Shown one piece after another: positions 31,425 to 40,095 of a stretch of DNA of 40,095 nucleotides (positions within the stretch are counted from its first letter, which is position 1; the number at the start of each line of letters is the position of its first letter). The stretch lies in the NCBI GenBank assembly GCA_001661245.1, contig KV454016.1:124001-164095 (forward strand), in the 5' to 3' direction. The position numbers and the translations under genes were made by a program. The stretch is from Pachysolen tannophilus NRRL Y-2460 (lineage: Eukaryota). Below the pieces are notes generated by a model that saw nothing but the letters and a program-made list of their open reading frames with translations, did no database searches and had not been told where the DNA came from.

Positions 31425-33196
31425 TTTTTTTTTTTAAATAGAATTATGAATAATAATTTTTACCAATCTCTAAATCGATAATAATAAAAGTTCTTTTTGA
31501 AGTAAAAATATTTAATTTGAATATTGAAAGAAGAAAAAAAAAAAGCGCCCAAAAATAAATAATACCTCTTTTGTTATATATTTCAACTAGGCTTTTACAA
31601 TTTGCAATTTTTCTTGTTAGTGGAAGAAAGAGAAAAAAAGAAAAAAAAAAAAACTTTTTTTTTCCCGCTTGGTTATTGGTATTAATTATTTTTCTTTTTA
31701 AAAGAGAGAGAGGGTGTGTGTGTAAAAAAAAAATTTTTACCGCAACTTTAGGAAACTCTGGTAACCATTAAGATCTTGTAGCAAATGGTCTGCTAATGAT
31801 TTAGAAAATATCGAATCATGAAAAAAAAAATTGTTGAGATATGTATATTTACTACAGATATTTGGGTAAAAAAAAATATGCTTAGGCGGAAGTGTAAAGC
31901 GTAAAGTGCAAAAAAAAAAAAAAAAACAAAAAAAAAAAAAAAAAATTATCAGGGCCTAGATTGGAGACTAGCCTAGCCTCGCCTCGTCTCTTCTCTTTTC
32001 TTTCTCTTGTATCTTCCCGTCTATGTCACTTTTTTCCTTCCTACCAGTCAAACGGTAGATGGAAATTAATTGAGACATAATTTTTTTTTCATGTAAGCAG
32101 ATCAAAAGTAATAAAGAAAAAAAAAATTAAATTCAGTTGCCGGAAATCCAATCTCATAATTCTACAATACTACATAGAGCAAGCAAAAAAGAATTAAATC
32201 ATAATTACAAATACGCGTTAAATCAATTAAAAAAAAATTATTTTTCATTTTTCATTTTCCATAAATCAATCAATAATACCACAGATCAAAATTGTTTGCC
32301 TAAAGAGGAAAAAAGTTATTTTTTTTCTTTTTTTCCCTCGTTTAATTAACGTGTTGTTTTGATTCTGAACATCTTTAAAGCAAGCAATACACGTCATATT
32401 CTGATGATGTATTGCTTAAAAAAGCAAAAAATTAAAAATAAAAAAAAAATATTTCCGAATAGTAAAACCCCTTTGACATCAGGAATACTCAATTCCTGGA
32501 AAGAATAGTTTTAGTTTGTACATCCACGACGTTTCCAAAGAAAGAAAGAGTGGGGGTGTGGGTGTATGTGTATGTGTATGTGTTAAAAGTAATACTTAGA
32601 GTGTTAGTGGTAGTGCTGGTTTGCCTAATTGAGTCCGTTTCAGGTAACAAGGGCTATTTATTTCTACATACCAGTTTAAGCAAGTAGTGTGTTAAAATCC
32701 AAAAGCCCTTGTTTTTTGGCTTTAAATTTTTTTTCTTTTCTCTTTAAATAAAAATTTAAACAACTTTTTTTTAGCATATATAGTTAAGTAGGATAATAGA
32801 TATAATCATCATCTATATATAATATATATATATATATTTATATATATTAATACCAATTCTTGTTTATTTTCGTTTTTTTTTTTTTTTTTTTTTTTTTTGG
32901 CATTTGGAATTGCTTCATTTTGCTTTTCAAATTGTATCATACTGGTTTTTGTTGTTTGTTTGATTGATAAATTAATGGAAGTTTAAAAAAATATTTCTTT
33001 ATTAGCGCCTTATCGATAACAACGAGAAAAAATAAAAAAATAAAAAAATAAAAAAAAAAAAATAGGTAAAAGAACAAAAGAAAGATTATTCTTTCCAAAT
33101 ATATGCATACATTAGATCTACTTTTCGTTCAAAATTCTTGTTGTTAGTTTCAGCGGTTAGCTTTTAGATATTGGTGCTTGGTTTTTTGAAAAAATA

Positions 33197-36100
33197 ATGA
33201 GATTAATTGATGGGATTAATTTTGTCCTTTTGAATTTTTTAATTCTATGGGCGGGTATAGTATTTTCAATTGATGAATTTGTACCTCAAGTAATAACTTC
33301 ACTGGTTCGTGATACTATATCAGATACATTATTATATTTTGATGATTCGATGAATGTGTTGAATTTGAATAATTATGTTTTAACTATTTCTCAAAATGAT
33401 GGTAAAAGTTGGAAACAAATTAATCTTGGTAATGGTGAATATATATTTTCAATTATATCTGATTCAGTGGATAGGAAAAGAGCTTTTGCTTTTACAAATT
33501 CAACTAATCATTTTATAACAAGAGATGCAGGTATAACTTGGCAACCTCTTAAATTTAATACTTTAATAACTTCTCCAGATTTACAAACAAATTTTGCAAA
33601 TCCTAATCTTGTATTATTCAATATTTTTTATTGTAATGAAAGTTCAGAAGATTATTTATTAACCGGTTGTAAAACTAGTTTTTATTATACAAATGATGGT
33701 TTTAAGACAGATGTTAAAAAATTGGAACTGGAAAATTTAATTGATTGTACTTTTGCTAAACTGAATGAATTTTTCACCCTGGGTGATGATTCAAGATTAA
33801 TATGTACTACTCAACAAAAAGATTCATTTGATTTTGTTAAAGATACGTCATTAATTGCCACCTCAGATTGGTTTAAAACTATAGAACAAATGAATGATGA
33901 ATCAGGTACTTTGGCCACAAGTTCAATAATGGAATTGAAAGTTGTTGGATCATTTCTTGTTGCAGTGACTCAAACTGATAGATATAATTCAAATTCTCAT
34001 GTTGAATTTTATGTCTCTAAAGATGGATTAACTTTTAACAAAGCAGAATTTGAAGTGGATCTTGGAATCTTAATTTATAAAATTGTATCTTCTGGAAGCG
34101 ATTCATTACTTGTTGCTGCTTGGCATCTGTTAAATTCAAAAGATATGTATCCAGTAGCAGTTTTATTTAGATCTGATTCTTCTGGTTTATATTTCTCAAG
34201 AGAACTAACGGATATGTTTGGATCTATTGCAATGGATAAAGTACAAAATGTAGATGGTGCGTGGTTGACAGATGTTGTCGTTGGTAGAGCTAATAACGGA
34301 TATCCAAATTTAAAATCAAAAATATCTATTGACGATGGACTAACCTGGGATTATTTAAAAGTTGTGAATAACTCATTATCTTGTTCAAACGATGATGAAT
34401 GTTCATTTCATCTCATGACAGATACTGTAAGAGATGGTGAAGGGAATTTTGTCACAGGTCCAACACCAGGTATAGTAATGGGGATAGGTTCTGTTGGTAA
34501 ATATGCTGCACCTTTCAATGAATTGGAAAAATTACATACATATGTCTCTAGAGATGGAGGACTTACTTGGAAATATGCTCTTGAAGAACAAACTGCATAT
34601 GCTTTTGGTGATCAAGGAAATATAATCTTAGCATTCCCTTATTATCATTTCGCAAAAGGTAAAAATGGTAAATCAACTGAATTCACTTCTTCAAGTCTAT
34701 ATTATTCATTAGATCAAGGTGAAACTTGGCGATCTTACGAATTAGATAGAAAAATTTTCCCACTTATGATAACAACAACGATTGATGGTACTTCTACAAA
34801 ATTCATATTAGTTGGTTTATACGAAAATATGAGCAAAGAAGTCGTATATTCAATTGATTTTTCTGGAGCTTTTACTTCTAAATGTAAACAGTCAGATTTT
34901 GAAGATTGGAATGCAAGAGTAAATACCACGACAAATCAACAAACATGTATTCTTGGACATAAACAAAAATTCCCTAGAAGAAAGCAATTTGCAAAATGTT
35001 TTGTTGATACTTTATTTGAAGACGTCAAAGTTATCGAAGAAAGCTGTGAATGTACTGAATCTGATTACGAATGTACTGTTGGTTTTATTAAAGACTCAAC
35101 AGGAATATGTCAACCAAATTTGAAAATTATTGGTCAAAATTATTGTCTTGGTAAAAATAAAAATAAAAAATTGAAACTTAATAGAAAACAAAAAATTCCA
35201 AACACACTATGTAAAGGAGATTTCAAACTACTGAAAGATGAAGTAGAAGTTGATTGTAAAGAGGCAGTAGAAGAACAATCAATTATCACCACTCAAAAAT
35301 CTTTTGAAGGATCAATTGCACAATATTATTACTTGAAGCCATCGCATAACTCGTCATTTATTGATGAAACTCTATTATTGAGAACTACGGAGAACATTAT
35401 TTATTATTCTTATAATGGTGGTCAAACTTTTTACAGATTTGACTCATTGGAATCTTATGATGATGACTTTGCCTTTATTTATTTGAATCCATATTTCCCT
35501 GATCAAGTTTATTTAATCACCTCAACTTCCAAAATTTATATCTCAGATGATAGAGGAATAAATTTCAGAGTTACCAAAGCACCTTCAGATATTAACGAAT
35601 TTGGATTGAAAGTTTTAACTTTTAACAAAAAAGATCCAAATAAATTCATCTGGTATGGTGAAAAAAATTGTGATAATTTTTTTTCAAATGATTGTAAAGT
35701 ACAAACATATTATACAGAAGATGGTGGTGCAACTTTTAGTCCCTTATTAGAAAATGTCAGAAGCTGTTACTATGTTGGTTCAGTTTTCAATGATAAACTT
35801 TATGATTTTAATGAAAATCTTATTTATTGTGAACAAAAAACTGGAGGCCAAAATTATTTGACCTTGGTTTCATCCACGGATAACTTTAAGACGAATAAAG
35901 TAACTGTATATGATAAGATTGTCGGAATTGCTGTCACAGGTGAATTTGCTGTTGTCGCATCAATCAAACTTGACGAAAAATCGTTAGAGGCACATGTAAC
36001 AGTTGATGGAAACAATTTTGCTGATGCACTTTTCCCACTGAATTTCCATGTTGAAAAACAACAAGCGTATACCGTTATTGACTCTTCCACAAAAGCTCTT

Positions 36101-37915
36101 TTTATCCACGTAACTACCAGCTCGCAAAGGGATCATGAGTTTGGATCAATTTTAAAATCTAATTCAAATGGTACCTCTTATGTTCTTTCTATTGATAATG
36201 TCAACAGAAATACTTATGGTTTTGCAGATTATGAGAAAGTTCAAGGTTTGGAAGGGGTTTCTTTGATCAATGTAGTAAACAATGCTAACGAGGTTCAAAA
36301 TTCTCAAGCGGCAAAACAATTGAAATCTATGATTACACATAATGATGGTAGTGAATGGAATTTTATTACACCTCCATCTACAGACTCACAAGGTAAAAAA
36401 TTCAGTTGTAAAGGAAGTTCTTTGAAAAAATGTTCGTTAAATTTACACGGATTCACAGAAAGAGTTGATTCAAGAGACACATATTCCTCTGGATCAGCAA
36501 TAGGTATGTTAATTGGTGTCGGTAATGTAGGTGAATATTTGACTAGTTTCGATGATCCATCTACAGGAACTTTTTTAACAAGAGATGGTGGTATCACTTG
36601 GAAGGAAATTAAAAAGGGTAATTACATGTGGGAATATGGTGATCAAGGTACCATTTTAGTTTTAGCAAAAAATTCGGGTACAACTAGCACAATATCATAT
36701 TCTTTGGATGAAGGTGATACCTGGAATGATTATCAATTTGTGGACGAAGAGATTACTGTTTTAGATTTGGCAACTGTTCCTTCAGATACTGCTAGAAGAT
36801 TTTTAATTTTTGGTAGAACCAAAAATAATGTCTTGACCTCTTACAGCATAGATTTCACCCATGTTCATCAAAGACAATGTAAGCTAGATTTTGATAATCC
36901 AAGCAAAGATGATTTTGAATATTGGTCACCGAGACATCCATACTTGCCAGATAACTGTTTATTTGGCCATGAATCAAAATACCTTAGAAGAATCTCATCT
37001 CATTCAGATTGTTTTATTGGTAGTGCTCCTTTGAACATTGCATACAAAGAAATTAGAAATTGTTCTTGTACTACCAGAGATTTTGAGTGTGACTATAACT
37101 ATGCAAGAGCAGATGATGGAACTTGTAAATTAGTTAGTGGATTGACTCCACCTGATCATTCTGCTGTTTGTGCAAAAGATGATTCATTATTGGAGTATTG
37201 GGAACCTACAGGTTATAGAAAAATACCATTATCGACATGTAAAGGTGGTAAGCAATTGGATAAATGGATTTCGCATCCTTGTCCTGGTAAGGAGTCTCAA
37301 TTTAAAGATAAATACAGCATTAAAGGATTTGCATTACTGTTAACGATTATTATACCAATTCTGGTATTTATCTTTGCCACTTGGTTTGTTTATGATAGAG
37401 GAATTCGTCGTAACGGTGGGTTTTCTAGATTTGGACAAATCCGCTTGGATGAAGATGAATTCCAACCAATTGAAAACAACAGGACAGATAAGATTGTTAA
37501 CAAAATTGTAAAAGGTTTTATCTTTGCCATTGGTGGAGTTATTGCTTTTAATGGTTTAGTCAAGAGTAGGCTAAGAGAATTATTTGGAAGAAGTAGTAGG
37601 TATGCTTCTTTACACTCTTTTGGAAACGGTGATTTAGATGATGATGTCTTGGATGATGATTCGTTGTTTAATTTCAACGATGTTGATGATGATGATGATG
37701 CAAGGGAGATTGATAGTTTCATTGAACAAGACGATGATCAGTTGAATGTTGTTGCCAGTGGTGGGGAACAACAAGCTGATGGTAACAACGATAACATTGG
37801 TAAAAATAACAATAACAATGCAGAAAATAATGTTACTGATGCACCTGAATTTCTTCTAGATGATGATGAAGAAGAAAATGATATCAGTAATCAGAACGAT
37901 GATATTCAAAAATAG
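33197..37915 (+). CDS. PEP1: Vacuolar sorting receptor Vps10/Pep1
   Basis: Signal peptide, two VPS10 domains with BNR repeats (SxDxGxTW), Cys-rich modules, TM ending WFVYDRG, tail with FGQIRL and YASL. Confidence 0.96.
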   Translation: MRLIDGINFVLLNFLILWAGIVFSIDEFVPQVITSLVRDTISDTLLYFDDSMNVLNLNNYVLTISQNDGKSWKQINLGNGEYIFSIISDSVDRKRAFAFTNSTNHFITRDAGITWQPLKFNTLITSPDLQTNFANPNLVLFNIFYCNESSEDYLLTGCKTSFYYTNDGFKTDVKKLELENLIDCTFAKLNEFFTLGDDSRLICTTQQKDSFDFVKDTSLIATSDWFKTIEQMNDESGTLATSSIMELKVVGSFLVAVTQTDRYNSNSHVEFYVSKDGLTFNKAEFEVDLGILIYKIVSSGSDSLLVAAWHLLNSKDMYPVAVLFRSDSSGLYFSRELTDMFGSIAMDKVQNVDGAWLTDVVVGRANNGYPNLKSKISIDDGLTWDYLKVVNNSLSCSNDDECSFHLMTDTVRDGEGNFVTGPTPGIVMGIGSVGKYAAPFNELEKLHTYVSRDGGLTWKYALEEQTAYAFGDQGNIILAFPYYHFAKGKNGKSTEFTSSSLYYSLDQGETWRSYELDRKIFPLMITTTIDGTSTKFILVGLYENMSKEVVYSIDFSGAFTSKCKQSDFEDWNARVNTTTNQQTCILGHKQKFPRRKQFAKCFVDTLFEDVKVIEESCECTESDYECTVGFIKDSTGICQPNLKIIGQNYCLGKNKNKKLKLNRKQKIPNTLCKGDFKLLKDEVEVDCKEAVEEQSIITTQKSFEGSIAQYYYLKPSHNSSFIDETLLLRTTENIIYYSYNGGQTFYRFDSLESYDDDFAFIYLNPYFPDQVYLITSTSKIYISDDRGINFRVTKAPSDINEFGLKVLTFNKKDPNKFIWYGEKNCDNFFSNDCKVQTYYTEDGGATFSPLLENVRSCYYVGSVFNDKLYDFNENLIYCEQKTGGQNYLTLVSSTDNFKTNKVTVYDKIVGIAVTGEFAVVASIKLDEKSLEAHVTVDGNNFADALFPLNFHVEKQQAYTVIDSSTKALFIHVTTSSQRDHEFGSILKSNSNGTSYVLSIDNVNRNTYGFADYEKVQGLEGVSLINVVNNANEVQNSQAAKQLKSMITHNDGSEWNFITPPSTDSQGKKFSCKGSSLKKCSLNLHGFTERVDSRDTYSSGSAIGMLIGVGNVGEYLTSFDDPSTGTFLTRDGGITWKEIKKGNYMWEYGDQGTILVLAKNSGTTSTISYSLDEGDTWNDYQFVDEEITVLDLATVPSDTARRFLIFGRTKNNVLTSYSIDFTHVHQRQCKLDFDNPSKDDFEYWSPRHPYLPDNCLFGHESKYLRRISSHSDCFIGSAPLNIAYKEIRNCSCTTRDFECDYNYARADDGTCKLVSGLTPPDHSAVCAKDDSLLEYWEPTGYRKIPLSTCKGGKQLDKWISHPCPGKESQFKDKYSIKGFALLLTIIIPILVFIFATWFVYDRGIRRNGGFSRFGQIRLDEDEFQPIENNRTDKIVNKIVKGFIFAIGGVIAFNGLVKSRLRELFGRSSRYASLHSFGNGDLDDDVLDDDSLFNFNDVDDDDDAREIDSFIEQDDDQLNVVASGGEQQADGNNDNIGKNNNNNAENNVTDAPEFLLDDDEEENDISNQNDDIQK

Positions 37916-38593
37916 GACGGTTTTTTTTTAACTTTGTCTTAATAGTTGTAGAAATTTTTTATATATTAACAAAAATGCAATATTTACTATTATCATTATT
38001 ATAAAAAATAAAATATTAAATATTAAAACAGAAAAAAGTCCTCATTTAAAACACAATTATAGACGTTCTTGTTCAGATATAGTACATTATGCCACCATCT
38101 GACAGTTCTTATTAACATTAAATTTTTTTTAACTAATTCATTTCCTTTATAAAAATAAATAAAAATAAAAAAAATCATTATTCAAAGTCTGAAATGATTT
38201 TACTTTAACACCTTCAATTTATTATTGTTTGCAATCCCTTTTTGTTGGATTTCAAATTTTTTTTTTTCCAAAACAGAGAAAAAAAATTTTTGTTATGACA
38301 ATAGAAAAATTACTTTGATAAAACAAAAAAAACAGTAAACACTCTCAACATTAACTTTAATGAAAGAACCGCAACGACATACTCTATAGTAAATGATTGT
38401 ATATGACATCAAATAAATTTTCTTTTTTTTTTTTTAATATCGCCTTTCATTATCGTTTGAAGTAAAAAAATTAATTTTTTATTATTTTGATTAATGCATG
38501 GGAAAAGAAAAAAATAAAAAAAAATAAAAAACAAAGAAAAGAATGTGATTAATGAATCCAATCATTCCAACTTGATTCTAAATTGTGTTCCAA

Positions 38594-40095
38594 TCATATT
38601 ATTAAATTGCCTGTACTATTGAAACCATGGCTTTTAGCGTGATCTTCTGTTAACTCTAAATTTTGAGAAATTTGTTCTTGAATTTCATCAATTTCCTCAT
38701 CGTCATCTTCATCATCATCATCGTCATCATCATAATCTTCTTCATCATCATCCTCATCATAATCTTCATCATAATCTTCCTTTTCATTTTCATCAGTTGC
38801 TTCATTTTTAGCGATTTTTAATTCTTTAATATTTTTAATAATGATTTCAACAACATCTGACCATTCTCTCATTCCACCCATACCTATATCACCACAAACT
38901 AAAACTTTTTCCACAGGTTTCAAAATTGTAATATGTTTAAACTCTTCAACAATAATATTTAAATGTTTCTTTGTCATAGGATGAGTATACATCAAAGTGT
39001 TCATAGCTGGTGCAATAAAAATAGGAATAGTTGGATTCCATGATCTAACAATTGAAGTTAATAAATTATCCGATAAACCATTGGCAATTTTAGCCAATGT
39101 ATTTGCTGATAATGGAGCAATTAAAAAAATATCGGCCCATTTTCTCAATTCGACATGTAAAATTGGATCACCAGGTCTACTAAAAGAATTGGACCAAGAA
39201 TCTGAATCTCTCCAAATTTTCACATCAGCAGAAATTTTTAAACCTTTCAAAAAATGTTCTGCTGGTTTTGTTACAACCAATTGTATCGAAACCTTATCTG
39301 GCCCATAAGTTTTTTGTAATTTATCAATAATTAAAGGTACTTTTATGGTAGCCACACTTCCTGTAGCACCCAACAATATATGTATTTTCTGATCGTCTTC
39401 TCTTTGTAAATATTGAGTAAAGGGAACAACAGGACCTGTTGGTGTAGAAATAACAGCTTTTGGTGTACTTTTCTTTGTCTTTATTGGAATGTTTTCTGTG
39501 CTCTGTTGTTGTTGTTGTTGTTGTTGCTGCTGCTGTTGTTGCTGTTGTTGCTGTTGTTGCTGTTGTTGCTGTTGTTGCTGTTGTTGCTGTTGTTGCTGTT
39601 GTTGCTGTTGTTGCTGTTGTTGCTGTTGTTGCTGTTGTTGCTGTTGTTGCTGTTGTTGCTGTTGTTGCTGTTGTTGTTGTTGTTGTGGGGGTACAATATC
39701 AAACATCACAGGCGACTGCAGTCTATTATACAGCATTCCTTCAATTGAATTTGGTGATTGAAGACTACAATTGGAAGAAATACTATTGTTTCTTGATTCC
39801 ACAATAGTTTGATCAATATTGGTAGCATTTGATGTATTTGAAAGAGTTCCTCTAGTTAGGAATTGCAAATAATCACCATTTGATGAGTTTTGTCTTGATG
39901 AAAAGGGACTTATTGATTGAAAACTATTGGAGTTATTCATTGGCTGGGCACCACTCCTTGTTTGCTGCTTACCAGCGACACCACTAGCTGCACCAGTACC
40001 ATTAGCGCCACCAACGGTAGATGCAAGAGCATTTGAAGAACCGCCGCCCGGAACTGTAGCTCCCATACCCATTCCAGGAGCCTGTGTGGTGCCAC
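38594..40095 (-). CDS. CAB3: Phosphopantothenoylcysteine decarboxylase subunit Cab3; frame stays open to the window edge, so probably 5'-truncated
   Basis: GATGSVATIKVPLIIDKL, LHVELRKWAD, APLSANTLAK, PAMN, VLVCGDIGMGGM, acidic tail. Confidence 0.9.
   Translation of the reverse strand, partial: GTTQAPGMGMGATVPGGGSSNALASTVGGANGTGAASGVAGKQQTRSGAQPMNNSNSFQSISPFSSRQNSSNGDYLQFLTRGTLSNTSNATNIDQTIVESRNNSISSNCSLQSPNSIEGMLYNRLQSPVMFDIVPPQQQQQQQQQQQQQQQQQQQQQQQQQQQQQQQQQQQQQQQQQQQQQQQQQQQQQQQQQQQQQSTENIPIKTKKSTPKAVISTPTGPVVPFTQYLQREDDQKIHILLGATGSVATIKVPLIIDKLQKTYGPDKVSIQLVVTKPAEHFLKGLKISADVKIWRDSDSWSNSFSRPGDPILHVELRKWADIFLIAPLSANTLAKIANGLSDNLLTSIVRSWNPTIPIFIAPAMNTLMYTHPMTKKHLNIIVEEFKHITILKPVEKVLVCGDIGMGGMREWSDVVEIIIKNIKELKIAKNEATDENEKEDYDEDYDEDDDEEDYDDDDDDDEDDDEEIDEIQEQISQNLELTEDHAKSHGFNSTGNLII
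39503..39685 (-). repeat. 61-codon polyQ tract with a (CAGCAACAA)n core in CAB3
   Basis: 183 nt of uninterrupted CAA/CAG codons. Confidence 0.95.

Noticed and set aside
32549..32584. TG-rich stretch as an interstitial telomere repeat
   Set aside because: Short and degenerate; more simply a (TGTATG)n microsatellite with a G-rich site.
39413..39807. Poly-Leu, poly-Cys and Val/Ala ORFs
   Set aside because: Alternative frames of the CAB3 polyQ repeat.
1..40095. Transposons, LTRs or CRISPR arrays
   Set aside because: No transposase or reverse transcriptase ORF, terminal repeats or repeat-spacer structure seen, including next to the tRNA.

Overview
AT-rich budding-yeast (Saccharomycotina) nuclear DNA with 13 recognisable protein genes, in order: KU80 (3' end outside the window, 1 intron, missed by the ORF track), SLD2, UTP15, AIP1 (intron), UTP11, TRE1/2-like, CDC9, MTC2-like, SPE3 (intron), CYK3, ECM16/DHR1, VPS10/PEP1 and CAB3 (5' end outside the window). 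There is also a C2H2 transcription factor I cannot name and an intron-containing tRNA-Ser(UGA). In-frame CTG codons sit at positions that read best as Ala, so the host most likely uses the CUG-Ala code (Pachysolen-like, table 26) and the supplied translations are wrong at CTG. The least explained element is an orphan locus (6628-7760) lying between the divergent UTP15/AIP1 pair. It is split into two ORFs by an A9 run with an ATGA overlap and has a long, motif-rich upstream region. I saw no mobile element or CRISPR array, and no clearly new multi-gene system. All homology calls are from recalled motifs, not database searches.
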